Assembly: GCA_963693095.2 (NCBI GenBank)
Contig: OY843768.1
Coordinates: forward strand, 32,001 to 96,000
Length of the DNA stretch: 64,000 bases
DNA from: Cenarchaeum sp.
GTDB taxonomy: Archaea; Thermoproteota; Nitrososphaeria; Nitrososphaerales; Nitrosopumilaceae
Reading direction: 5' to 3'
The notes under the pieces are model-generated. The model did not search any database and was not told the DNA's origin. It worked only from the letters and a program-made list of their open reading frames with translations. This document shows positions 1-9,834 of the stretch, in pieces. How positions within the stretch are numbered: the stretch's first letter is position 1; every line of letters starts with the position of its first letter. The position numbers and the translations under genes were made by a program.

Positions 1-67
1 GCTAGGCGTGAACCGAGCCACAAAGCACCTTAAATTTTAAATCAGGGACGGCAGGTTTGCCCACGCA

Positions 68-568
68 GTGAACGAACTACCCACAAGCTCAATGCTCACC
101 GACAATGCCAAGACGGTGGCCTATCTAATGAAAATAGCCGGCGAGAACAGGGAGCAGGTCGCCGAGGTCGAGGAGTGGGGCAAGAGGCGCCAGGGGCGCA
201 TCGAAACGCTGCGCCGCTTTGTGAGCCTACTCGAAAAGAATAGTGTCTTTGAGCGGCCTGACGGTAGGCTGAACAGGGTCATGGAGGACTTTGCCATAAC
301 GCAGTGCTTTGCGATAGCCACAAAGCATGGCCTCGATGACATGGAGTACGAGTTTTCTGACACCCAGTCCGGCCCGCTCTGCGCCGACCTGGACCTTGAC
401 CTCAGGGCCGTTGAGGCGGCCCCCACAGAGCCCCACGCGGGCCTCTTTGAGAGTGCCGAGGGCGAGGCAAAATTCCTAGAGACGATCAGGGGCAAGGACA
501 TCTATGAGCTCGGCAAAATGGCCAGGCTGCTCGTCATCCATGAAGAGTATCGCATGATACCACTGTGA
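68..568 (+). CDS. YwgA/Panacea(SocA)-like putative antitoxin, paralog 1 (divergent)
   Basis: 166-aa ORF with GTG start and an AT-rich TATA-like box at ~30-41. The motif AIATKHGLDDMEYEFSDTQSGPLCADL resembles the YwgA (COG3465) 'G.DLGY.F....GPYS.DL' pattern. Paralog of 649-1146, 11953-12450 and 12790-13287. Confidence 0.55.
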   Translation: MNELPTSSMLTDNAKTVAYLMKIAGENREQVAEVEEWGKRRQGRIETLRRFVSLLEKNSVFERPDGRLNRVMEDFAITQCFAIATKHGLDDMEYEFSDTQSGPLCADLDLDLRAVEAAPTEPHAGLFESAEGEAKFLETIRGKDIYELGKMARLLVIHEEYRMIPL

Positions 569-648
569 TGCGGGGCAGGGGACGGCGACAGTGGGCCGCA
601 GGTGTGCGCGCCAAGCTATATAGCGCAATGCGCAAAACCGCGTGCGCG

Positions 649-1146
649 TTGGCGAGGGTCACATATCCGGACAGGACACTTGCGGACAATGATGCCACAA
701 TGGAGCTCCTCAGGAAGCACTCTGGGGGCACCGTCGACGAGCTGGAGGAGATTGCCCTGTGGGGCGCAGCACGCAAGGCGAGGATCGACACACTGTGCCG
801 CCTTGCCGGCCTCGTCGACGGCGTGGGCGTCTTTGGGCGCGGCGAGGGGAGGATGAGCAGGATCGCGATGACCTTTACAATCCACCCCTGTGTCGCAATA
901 GCTAGCAAGCACGGCCTTGACATGGGATACACGTTCAACGACAACGAGTACGGCCCGTTCTCACCAGACCTCAGCGTCGACCTTCACGCCGTAGAGCCCG
1001 TGCGCGTGGACACTCCCACTGGCATATTTCCTAGCGACGGGGCAGAGTCGGCGTTTCTTGAGGACATTGGGGAAAAGAGTGCCAAGGAGCTCGGCGAGTT
1101 TGCGCGCTTGCTCGTTATAGACGAGCGGCATCGCATATTGTTATAG
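649..1146 (+). CDS. YwgA/Panacea-like putative antitoxin, paralog 2
   Basis: TTG at 649 aligns with the paralog starts (LARVTYPDRTL vs MSKITYPDKTL), with CTATATA at ~616-622. Contains KHGLDMGYTFNDNEYGPFSPDL. Confidence 0.6.
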   Translation: MARVTYPDRTLADNDATMELLRKHSGGTVDELEEIALWGAARKARIDTLCRLAGLVDGVGVFGRGEGRMSRIAMTFTIHPCVAIASKHGLDMGYTFNDNEYGPFSPDLSVDLHAVEPVRVDTPTGIFPSDGAESAFLEDIGEKSAKELGEFARLLVIDERHRILL

Positions 1147-1289
1147 TGCTAAACGACCTCCTTTCCCCATGCGCGTATTGCATATCCACAATATATACAC
1201 AGGTAGCTCACCCTTGTTGTTCGCAGATGGAGATGGATGTGAAACGAGATTGTTGAGCCTGATACTCGCATGATCGTGTTCCGGGGTTT

Positions 1290-1660
1290 TTGTACAGGGT
1301 AGCTCCTACTACCCACACGCTCGTTTCTCCACACACTGTTTTTCCTGTCCACCCATGTGCTTCTTGAAAGCCAGCAAAGGCATCTCCCGGCAGTCCGTGT
1401 CCAGCAAGAAATGGAGCCATCTCTCGTAGTGCCTGACGAACTTGTTGGCCACGCCAAAGTGTTTAATTTTACGCTCGGACGTCTGGAACACCTCAATCTC
1501 ACCACACGTCTGATGGATGACACGCGACATGGCGTACGATATCTCGCACCTGAGCTCTCGCCCAAGAGGGGCTACAGAGTTTAGCTCTTGCGGCAGATAC
1601 CGCGTTTATCTCGCTTGAACTGTGTCCGGTGATCAGAGAGTATGTACCCCACACAAGACA
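1290..1660 (-). pseudogene. Decayed IS481-family transposase fragment
   Basis: Minus-strand translations ILSDHRTQF and RVIHQTCGEIEVFQTSERKIKHFG...WLHFLLDTDCREMPLLAF match VLSDHGTQF and RVRHPQTNGKVERFFQTLEAEIGHFG...LHFALDIKGGETPLLAF of the intact transposase at 4478-5416. Stops and frameshifts are present. Confidence 0.8.
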
Positions 1661-1710
1661 CACTCCCGCTTGCTATTCATTCAACAAAACAACCGCCAAT
1701 TCGAATAACG

Positions 1711-1718
1711 TATTTAAG
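1711..1718 (+). promoter_or_regulatory. Putative TATA box for the methyltransferase/R-M unit
   Basis: TATTTAAG lies about 24 nt before ATG 1742, the same spacing as other leaderless genes in the window. Confidence 0.4.
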
Positions 1719-1741
1719 AGGATGTACTGCGTAGCCTTCTG

Positions 1742-2976
1742 ATGGCCGTGGAATGGTACGTTAAGCGTGCCTGCGTGCGCAGTTCGCACACATGCATTGG
1801 CAAAGATAAAATATCTATGACAACTAGGGGCGTCTCGGCGTCTCGGCGTCTCGGCGTCTCGGCGTCTCGGCGTCTCGGCGTCTCGGCGTCTCGGCGTCTC
1901 GGCGTCTCGGCGTCTCGGCGTCTCGGCGTCATACTAGAGTAAAATCACGTCAATCATGCACGCTAAGGTCACATTATTCAAAAACAGATCATACCAAAAA
2001 TTTAAATAAACGTAAAGCACGTAGCACCTCAAACGAGAAATCTCGTTCTCCTAAAAAAGCTGCTAGGTTTAAGTTCGTTGATCTGTTTTGTGGAATTGGC
2101 GGATTTCATATTGCAGCAAAAGAATTTGGAGGTGAATGTGTTATGGCTTGTGACATAGATGAAAAAGTTAGAATGGCGTATGAGGCAAATTATGGAATAA
2201 TGCCGCTGGGTGATATATCTCATATTAAAAATTCAGATGTGCCAAATCATGATTTTTTGTTTGCTGGTTTTCCTTGTCAGCCATTTAGTATACTTGGTAT
2301 GCAAAAAGGATTTAAAGATGAACGTGGTATATTATTTTTTGAGATTCTTAAATTTTTAAAGACACAAAAACCACGATTTGCTCTTTTAGAAAATGTCAAA
2401 CAACTGGCTACTCATAATGACGGAAAAACAATAAAAGAAATAACATCTGCGTTGGAAAAAATAGGATACATTCCTATTGTGGCTATTCTTAATGCTCTTG
2501 ATTACGGACTTCCACAAAAAAGAGAACGAACATTAATTGCATGTTTTAAAAATAAACGAGATGCGCAAAAAGCACAATTTCCCCCACACCCATCAACTCG
2601 TAAATATTCATTAAATAATATACTTGAAACTAAAGTGGATTCAAAACACTATGCTAGTGATTATATTGTCAAAAAAAGAAAATCTACTCATCAATCAAAA
2701 TATTATCCAAGTATTTGGCACGAAAACAAAGGTGGCAACATCGGAAGCCATCCTTACGCTTGTGCTCTTAGAGCTGGCGCATCTTACAATTATTTACTGG
2801 TAAATGGTGAACGGAGACTCACACCACGTGAAATGCTGCGATTACAGGGATATCCTGATAGTTTCAAAATCGTGTGTAACGATTCAGCGACACGACGGCA
2901 AGCTGGGAATTCTGTGCCTGTTCCGATGATTGAGGCTGCGATTGGAGGTATGTTAAATGAAGAAACCACGCCTTAG
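1742..2976 (+). CDS. C5-cytosine DNA methyltransferase, 5' end out of frame across the SSR (putatively phase-variable)
   Basis: Frame 1 is open from 1828 to 2976. It carries motif I (FVDLFCGIGG, ~2074-2103, upstream of the ATG at 2143), motif IV GFPCQPFS, ENV, QKRER and motif X GNSV. There is no in-frame ATG/GTG/TTG between 1828 and 2143; ATGs 1742 and 1817 are in frame 2. Confidence 0.85.
1829..1930 (+). repeat. Octanucleotide simple sequence repeat (GGCGTCTC)x12 plus 6 nt
   Basis: Counted directly: 12 perfect 8-bp units (1829-1924) followed by GGCGTC. Confidence 0.98.
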
Positions 2977-3763
2977 GAACAGTTCAAAAAAATTTCATGA
3001 TCCTGATTTGCTCCACGATACGCGAGGAGAAATAATGCGACCTCCACGATTAAAAAGTAAACCGGACGCTGATCACACATGGCCATATGATTGTGATGAC
3101 ATTCCTGATGAATTAATTTATGAGTTTTCAGAAAAACTTCTTCATATGTATTATATTGGAAAAAATGATATTACAGGCTCTGAATGGGACACAATATTTG
3201 CCAAATCTATTGGTGGCAAACAAATGAAAAGTCCAGTGGGTCATGCAGATGTAATTAAAGATAATTGCGCATGGTCAGTAAAAACAGTGAAATGTCTTAA
3301 ACCACATACTGCAGATAGTATTCGAATTATTTCGGGAAGGAATTCGCCTCAATTTTCATATGGTAATATCGATTCCACAGATAATCAGGCTATGGGCAAC
3401 ATGGTTCTTGGAATATGGAATGCACGTGTCAAAGAAGCAAAACAAAAATACCCAAATGGGTTACATACATCAATTATGGTTCGTAATATGGACAAAATGC
3501 AATTTACATATTTTGAGCTTGAATCATTAGAATATCTGTCACATAAATATATCTGGAAACAAAACAACCGTAACAATTTAGAAGGATATGACCAGGATGG
3601 CAATCATATATTTACATGGCAGCCACATGGCGGTCAATTTACTATTATCTATAAAATTCCAAAATCCGCTAAAAAATTTTCTATGAAAAAAATTAAACAG
3701 ATTAGACTTGAGGATTTAATTAAAGACAAGATTGAATTATCTTGGATCAAAATGGAAAAATAG
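2957..3763 (+). CDS. Putative type II restriction endonuclease
   Basis: Overlaps the MTase stop by 20 nt and shares its AT-rich composition. Has a PD-(D/E)xK-like 'ADVIKDNCAWSVKT' segment. Specificity is not determinable here. Confidence 0.7.
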   Translation: MKKPRLRNSSKKFHDPDLLHDTRGEIMRPPRLKSKPDADHTWPYDCDDIPDELIYEFSEKLLHMYYIGKNDITGSEWDTIFAKSIGGKQMKSPVGHADVIKDNCAWSVKTVKCLKPHTADSIRIISGRNSPQFSYGNIDSTDNQAMGNMVLGIWNARVKEAKQKYPNGLHTSIMVRNMDKMQFTYFELESLEYLSHKYIWKQNNRNNLEGYDQDGNHIFTWQPHGGQFTIIYKIPKSAKKFSMKKIKQIRLEDLIKDKIELSWIKMEK

Positions 3764-3995
3764 ATCATATTGCATTTTTACTATTGATAACATAAATAAT
3801 GAATCACTATTTTAGAAACCAATCTAAATTGGTTATTTTATTCTAAAACACAGGGCATATTATAAACGATTAATTTGATCTTTAGATAATGTATCCTAGA
3901 AATGCCGTATGTGATAAATCGTTTGATGCTTTAGAAATGCTCCTTGTCCATTCTCCTTATTTACTTTATATTATACATACATACGGTGCGTCTCT

Positions 3996-4406
3996 GTGAG
4001 CAAACCTGCCTCGAGATCACACATGTGTCCCCACGGCTCGCTCGCTGCCACATGGGCTGCACGCGTTGATGACTGGATTGATGACGGCTCGAGGATAGTC
4101 AGGCTCTCAATGAAGCATCGGCGCAACTATAGGGCGACTGTCTGCACAAGGTGCCCACACGAGCAGCAGGTTCGGCGCAAGTGCTCGGCCCTGACGCCCG
4201 GATGCGACAAGAAATCGTGCGCGCACATGGATCGCGCATTCTATTCAAAGCACCGTAACCTCATCATGGCGCACATTGACTCACATCCGCTCTCGCAGCG
4301 CCTCCGCATGAACGCCGCGCTTGATGACAGTCCTGTTGATGCCACACACAACTCGCCGCAGGCAGCCCCTGGTAAGTCAGAGGGCGCAGAGTCTGCCTCC
4401 CACTGA
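3996..4406 (+). CDS. Cys-rich hypothetical protein (CxxC...C...C...C), copy A
   Basis: 136-aa ORF, highly similar to 16560-16958 (VDDWIDDG...TVCTRC...GCDKKSCAHMDRAFYSK). TATA-like TTTATATTATA lies upstream. Confidence 0.65.
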   Translation: MSKPASRSHMCPHGSLAATWAARVDDWIDDGSRIVRLSMKHRRNYRATVCTRCPHEQQVRRKCSALTPGCDKKSCAHMDRAFYSKHRNLIMAHIDSHPLSQRLRMNAALDDSPVDATHNSPQAAPGKSEGAESASH

Positions 4407-4453
4407 TGGGAGGGCGAGGGGTCTGGCCCTGTGCAAGTAAACTATCATTTGGC

Positions 4454-5545
4454 TGTTTTATACGAAAAGTAGTGGAGTCAATCATTCGAGTCCACCTCCA
4501 TCCACCTCGGGTTCTCCGCCCTGACCCTCCCGTCGGCCCTGCGCCTCCTGAAGGCCAGCAGGGGCGTCTCGCCACCCTTGATGTCCAGGGCGAAGTGGAG
4601 GCGCCTCTCGTTGTAGTATGCGATGAACTCGGGGACCCCGCCAAAGTGGCCGATTTCGGCCTCGAGCGTCTGGAAGAACCTCTCGACCTTGCCGTTGGTC
4701 TGGGGGTGGCGGACGCGCGCCATGAGGTGCGCCATGTCGCGGTCCAGCAGCTCCTGCTCGAAGAGCGTCGGCGTCCAGCTGCGGCTCGGCGTGCCGCGCC
4801 TGGTCGCCGTGAACTGCGTGCCGTGATCCGAGAGCACCTGCGCCGGCGCGCCAAATGTCTTGATTGCCTTTCGCAGCACCATCACCGTGTTGGCCGACGT
4901 GGCCGCGGCGAACACGCCAAAGCCCGTGACGCACCGCGACGCGTCGTCGAGGAACACGACGAGGTGCGCGCCCCTCAGCGGCCCGTATTTCATTATGTGC
5001 CAGTCCACGTGCCACATCGCGTTGGAGTGCGCGCGCTCGAACCGCACCCACTTGCGCCTGCGGGACTTTGCCCGCGACCTCGTTACGAGCCCCTCCGCCA
5101 GCATGATGCGGTACACCGACCAGTACGTTATTTTTGAGTTGTTGCCGCGCAGCCCCTCGGCCACGCGCACGACGCCGGCCGGCCGGTCGGAGTGCTCGGC
5201 GAGAACCTCGGCCACCTCGCCGTCGGTGACGTCCCTGCGCGGCCTCCCCATCGGCCGCGGCTCCGGCGGCGCGCCGGTCCGCCGGCAGTGCGCGCGCAGC
5301 TCGTATGCCCATGATTGGGAAATCCCGAGATCCCCGGCAACCTCCCTGGCGCTCCGGGTCTCCAGCGTCCTGGCCACGTACCGGAGAGCCCGGCCGTCCA
5401 GCCTCCTGACCGGCATGGCGCGCCGGCGGCGGAGTCCCTCAAACGTGTGTTTCGGCAGCCTGCCGGACCCGGCGGCCCTCCGTGGGCTCCCGGATCTGCG
5501 CCAGGCAGGCATTCCTGCCCACTCCACTACTTTTCGTACAAGGCA
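4454..5545 (-). mobile_element. IS481-family insertion sequence with 15-bp target duplication
   Basis: 25-bp imperfect TIRs TGTTTTATACGAAAAGTAGTGGAGT (4454-4478) and ACTCCACTACTTTTCGTACAAGGCA (5521-5545). Direct repeat AAACTATCATTTGGC at 4439-4453 and 5546-5560. Confidence 0.92.
4478..5416 (-). CDS. IS481-family DDE transposase (rve core)
   Basis: N-terminal HTH plus WHVD, DDASR, SDHGTQF, HPQTNGKVER and YYNERRLH motifs. Likely start is ATG 5416. Confidence 0.92.
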   Translation of the reverse strand: MPVRRLDGRALRYVARTLETRSAREVAGDLGISQSWAYELRAHCRRTGAPPEPRPMGRPRRDVTDGEVAEVLAEHSDRPAGVVRVAEGLRGNNSKITYWSVYRIMLAEGLVTRSRAKSRRRKWVRFERAHSNAMWHVDWHIMKYGPLRGAHLVVFLDDASRCVTGFGVFAAATSANTVMVLRKAIKTFGAPAQVLSDHGTQFTATRRGTPSRSWTPTLFEQELLDRDMAHLMARVRHPQTNGKVERFFQTLEAEIGHFGGVPEFIAYYNERRLHFALDIKGGETPLLAFRRRRADGRVRAENPRWMEVDSND

Positions 5546-5659
5546 AAACTATCATTTGGCAAATATGCATAAATACGATGGGCGTATTGTGATGATTATT
5601 CACCATTTCGCTATCATATGATAACAAACCTAATATTTACTATCATTAAATGAGCCCCC

Positions 5660-6880
5660 ATGCCTCGTGAGGACGACGGAGCAGGGCGCCCTGTCGGCGG
5701 CGTATATGAGAGGATTGAGGGCGGACATACGTTCGTCCCCGATCCAATGCCGCCCAGGCTTGTGCATACCGGCGATATAGATGACGAGACGATCAACGAC
5801 AAGATTCAGCTGGCCATGATGGAGATCGGCCGACTCGACATGGCCGGCAGTCTCATCGGCGGCGCATTTGTGCGCACCGTGCCGTACCTGGCCCGCGAGG
5901 CCGTGGCGAGCTCGATGATCGAGGGCACAAGCACGACGATCAACGACCTGTTTAGGCACAGGGTTCTCAAGGACATCAGCGACGAGGAGGCCAAGCGAAT
6001 AAAGCTAAAGGAGGTTGACAATAACGCGCGTGCACTAGTGGAAACCCTTGGCGCAGTGGGCAAGACAGAGCCAATAAGCCTAGACCTCATCAAACGCGCG
6101 CATAGGATGCTCTTTGATGGAGTGGAGACATACCCTGACAAGTTTATGCCTGGCGAGTTTAGGACAGTCCAAAACCACATAGGCGGCAAGAGTGTGACTG
6201 ATGCGACATATGTGCCGCCCCCACCTGACATGGTGGAACCACTTATGCAAAACCTTGTTGCATATATCGAGAGTGCCAAGGGACCTGCATCATCACTAGT
6301 ACGCTGCGCAGTCGCACATTATCAGTTCGAGGCCATACACCCGTTTCCCGATGGCAATGGAAGGGTCGGACGACTCCTTATTCTTCTGATGATGCGCAGG
6401 TATGGGCTGCTCAACACGCCGGTCTTGAACATAAGCAGATACCTGCTTCGAAAACGCTCAACATACTATGCCATGCTACGAGCGCCACGTGAACATGGTG
6501 GATGGGCACAATGGATTGCATTCTTTGTTGATGCGTGCAAGGAACAGGCTCAAACAGGGCTGTCTGGAATGCGACAACTAGACGATCTGTATCATGAATA
6601 TCGTGAACGCCTAGATCGTATAACTAGAAGCTCCAATGCAGTGGCAGTCGTTGACACCCTTGTCGAAAACCCGTATGTCACCATACCCGTTATACAACGC
6701 ATTACCAAACTCACACATGCCGGTGCGGCCGACCTGGTTCGTAGGCTAGTAAAGGCCAACATACTCACAAGCGTGTCGACCCACTCTAGGATTCGCCTAT
6801 ATGCCGCCTTTGAGATCCTTGACATCCTCAAATCCAGAGATGCTGAGGATGAGCCTGATGCCACACGGCCTGCGGCATAG
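5660..6880 (+). CDS. Fic family protein (AMPylase) with C-terminal wHTH
   Basis: Canonical HPFPDGNGRVGR motif and an inhibitory-type SSMIEGT motif. Confidence 0.92.
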   Translation: MPREDDGAGRPVGGVYERIEGGHTFVPDPMPPRLVHTGDIDDETINDKIQLAMMEIGRLDMAGSLIGGAFVRTVPYLAREAVASSMIEGTSTTINDLFRHRVLKDISDEEAKRIKLKEVDNNARALVETLGAVGKTEPISLDLIKRAHRMLFDGVETYPDKFMPGEFRTVQNHIGGKSVTDATYVPPPPDMVEPLMQNLVAYIESAKGPASSLVRCAVAHYQFEAIHPFPDGNGRVGRLLILLMMRRYGLLNTPVLNISRYLLRKRSTYYAMLRAPREHGGWAQWIAFFVDACKEQAQTGLSGMRQLDDLYHEYRERLDRITRSSNAVAVVDTLVENPYVTIPVIQRITKLTHAGAADLVRRLVKANILTSVSTHSRIRLYAAFEILDILKSRDAEDEPDATRPAA

Positions 6881-7071
6881 CGCGCCGGCTCCCCACACAC
6901 GCCTAATCGTAGGCACATTGTACAGGACCTGCCCTGACGCGCAGGGTCGGCAACTGCCCTGCTGTCTCGCATTGACGGCGCAGGACACGTGCCGGCCGAC
7001 TAGCGCCGCATTATGCGCCCTCGGCTGCGATCACGCATGTCAAGATTAAAGATCAACATTGTTGGAAAACT

Positions 7072-7791
7072 TTGCGGGATCATGACAAAAGCAAGTGCGG
7101 CCCCTGCAAAGGCGTGAAGAGATGCGCAACTGCGATCATGATCGCAGCGACAAGATCGCAAACGGGTGCCACGACTGAGACGCCTGTCACACGGGATGCG
7201 GATCCGTGGGATCAGCTGGCCGGCACGCACCACCACCACAAGTCCCCCCGCACGTCTGCTGGCACTGATTTGGAGCGCGACATGCCGGTGAGCGCCACTG
7301 GTGATGGCACGCCGCGCAATGCTGACTCGCCGCACTCCGCAGATGCGAGATGCCATGTGTTCGGTGCGATTATCGGAATCATATTTGGTTACAGCAAAAT
7401 TGACCATTGTGTAGATATTTGTCTCTTGTCTGCTAATCCGACCGCTTATACGATAAAGACCAAAAATGATCGTGATGCATATTTGAGAAGCATGGGAGGA
7501 TTTGAGAAAAAGCATCGTACTGTCAAAAGACATGTTGGTTCCGTTTATACTGTTAAACTTCATAAACGCATCTGTAAGATCAGAGAAATCAGAAACGACC
7601 TTGCCCATTCTACGAGTGGTGTTGACGAAACCAAAACGATCGCTCACTCTACAAAACATAAGACTTATGGTGTCACGTGCCTAGAGTGTGTGCGTGACGA
7701 GACAGAACTCTGCGCAATAGAGTTTGAAAGCGCCGTGAAGCGCTATCTGAACTATGGCGGCGTTTATGGCAGTGGGGTGAGGGGGATCTAG
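7072..7791 (+). CDS. Putative HEPN-domain protein (start uncertain)
   Basis: The helical C-terminal half contains IREIRNDLAH, an R-X4-H HEPN RNase motif. Its stop overlaps the start of the next ORF. Confidence 0.5.
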   Translation: MRDHDKSKCGPCKGVKRCATAIMIAATRSQTGATTETPVTRDADPWDQLAGTHHHHKSPRTSAGTDLERDMPVSATGDGTPRNADSPHSADARCHVFGAIIGIIFGYSKIDHCVDICLLSANPTAYTIKTKNDRDAYLRSMGGFEKKHRTVKRHVGSVYTVKLHKRICKIREIRNDLAHSTSGVDETKTIAHSTKHKTYGVTCLECVRDETELCAIEFESAVKRYLNYGGVYGSGVRGI

Positions 7792-9788
7792 TGGCCATGT
7801 CTGACGCCCGAACCATGGGCAACTGCCCTGATCAGGTTAATATCAGGCGTCAACTGCTGGCGTGCGGTGACATGGCGGCACTAGAGAGCCCAGAGGGAGT
7901 GCCCAGGGTTGACGCCTGGGTCAAGGAGCTCGAGTGGTGCAGGAGGGGGCACTTTGATGATTTTGAGGATTCTGACCGGGACAGGATTGTGGGTGATCTG
8001 GAGCATATTGCGCGTGTCACACACAGGGGATCACCTGACAGTCTTGGAGATGCCAGCATCGCACTTGGTGGCATGCTTGGACACTTTGAGAGTGACATGG
8101 CGTGTGCGGACATTTTGGATCGTGCGCTAGACAGGATATACGTCACTCCCGATCACCATGGCGCGCTCGAAAAGCTCTTTGCGGGAATGGATATCGAGGG
8201 CAAAAAGAGCGACGAGCCCGCATACATTGCGCTTGACATGGTTCGCGTGACTCTGCGGTACCTGCGCCTGCGCGAAGGCACGCTGCGCCACGCGTGGACT
8301 GCGATACTTGGGGTGTGCTATGACGTGCTTGTTCGTGTGGCGCGTCGTAACGGGCTCGACAGACTGGCCGGGATGATGGACGATACGGTGTCGCGAGAGG
8401 CGTTCTGTGGGAAACAGGCAACTATCGCCGACATGGCAAGGCTGCGAATCGCAGTGTATGACAGGCGCAACATTCCGACAGACGGCGAGATGCGTGGGGT
8501 TCTCGCACGATATCCCAAACTCAAGGGCTTTCTTGGAAAAGACGCCGTGGTGCGCCCAAAGGGGGCAATCACGCAACTCATCCTTCACCTGTCACTGGAG
8601 CACCTTTTATATACAGAGGACTATGAGTCAATCTATACCGTGGTGTATGAGAGCAACATCCGCCTGTCCCACTGGATTGACAGGATTTACCGCCAGCATG
8701 GCCTGATTTATGAGGGTCTATCACTTGGGACTCCGGCAGGCTCTGCTCTGCAAAAGCGATCCCTTGAATGGCTGCACCTGCAGGTCTCGGTGCGCTATCT
8801 CGTCCTGGAGCTCTGGAACTTTGCGACGCTCTACGAAAGAGTGAGCCGTGTTACACGGGGTCTTGATCTGGACGACCCTGACAAGCTCTGGCAGATACTC
8901 GACTCGCCAAAGGGTCTAGGGCCCGTGATCAGGACCATGCACAAGCGTTTTGGCGCGTATCCTGACTGGACATTTAGCGAGGCTGCCGACAGGATCAACT
9001 ATATCGGCCTAGACAGTCTTGTGTACTGTGCGCGGGCCACACTGATGTTCCAGGATGCAATATTTAGGATGATCCCGCCCAGATACCACAAGGTTGGATC
9101 ACTGAGGCACAACCCCGTTCCAGCATCTCTTGAGCTGGGGACATCTGCAGACAGCGAGGCGCTGCAAAAACAGTATGGTGATGCAAGCCTGTCAGTTGAC
9201 ACGGGAAAAAACCTGAAAAACTATGACGTCCTCTATGCGTCATACTCATCCCTGTTGCTGCTGTACGCAAATTTTGCCGAGCTTGCCAGCAGGGATGATC
9301 ATGGCGATCTTGGCGCATACCTGCGGTTCACCAAGGAGGTCTATGGAATAAAGTACATGATCCTCGAGATATGCAACTTTATCTGCACGTTCAGGAAAAT
9401 GGGGATTGACCTGCCGTTCACGCCAGGATTTCTTGCGCACGAAAAGCAGTACCTCCACATCAGAAACAACTATTCGGCGCACACGCGAACCGACAAGATA
9501 GGGGATCTGGGCCAACTCCTCGAAGACAATCGTGACCTCTTGTCCAACATGGCCCATGACATTCAAGAGATCGACGCCCTGGCAGGGCGCCTGGAGCGAG
9601 AATTTCCGGACCCAAAGATCAGGGAGATCAGGCCGATGAACAATGCAGAGATGGACCATCTTGAGCGAGACCTCGAATCGCTGCGCAGTGAGTCGCATGC
9701 GTCTTGCGGCAACATATTTGCCAACATGGCAAGTGTGGGAGAAGAGCGCGAGGCGCGCGCAAGGTCGCGGAGGGCTCTGAGGCCGTGA
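7791..9788 (+). CDS. Hypothetical 665-aa protein with tandem HEPN-like domains
   Basis: C-terminal IRNNYSAH (R-X5-H). Internal similarity between SVRYLVLELWNF and GIKYMILEICNF. Confidence 0.55.
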   Translation: MAMSDARTMGNCPDQVNIRRQLLACGDMAALESPEGVPRVDAWVKELEWCRRGHFDDFEDSDRDRIVGDLEHIARVTHRGSPDSLGDASIALGGMLGHFESDMACADILDRALDRIYVTPDHHGALEKLFAGMDIEGKKSDEPAYIALDMVRVTLRYLRLREGTLRHAWTAILGVCYDVLVRVARRNGLDRLAGMMDDTVSREAFCGKQATIADMARLRIAVYDRRNIPTDGEMRGVLARYPKLKGFLGKDAVVRPKGAITQLILHLSLEHLLYTEDYESIYTVVYESNIRLSHWIDRIYRQHGLIYEGLSLGTPAGSALQKRSLEWLHLQVSVRYLVLELWNFATLYERVSRVTRGLDLDDPDKLWQILDSPKGLGPVIRTMHKRFGAYPDWTFSEAADRINYIGLDSLVYCARATLMFQDAIFRMIPPRYHKVGSLRHNPVPASLELGTSADSEALQKQYGDASLSVDTGKNLKNYDVLYASYSSLLLLYANFAELASRDDHGDLGAYLRFTKEVYGIKYMILEICNFICTFRKMGIDLPFTPGFLAHEKQYLHIRNNYSAHTRTDKIGDLGQLLEDNRDLLSNMAHDIQEIDALAGRLEREFPDPKIREIRPMNNAEMDHLERDLESLRSESHASCGNIFANMASVGEEREARARSRRALRP

Positions 9789-9834
9789 TGGCGCCGACTG
9801 TTGCGAGCCCGGAAATGTCGGGGGTCTTGCACGC

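Noticed and set aside
1829-1930. Repeat unit contains CGTCTC (Esp3I/BsmBI site) and GRCGYC, suggesting an array of the system's own target sites
   Set aside because: The MTase specificity cannot be determined from the sequence by eye, and such matches are easily coincidental.
1714-1942. Small ORFs made of RRRDAETP or GVSASRRL repeats
   Set aside because: These are translations of the 8-bp SSR. The plus-strand one is better read as the out-of-frame MTase N-terminus.
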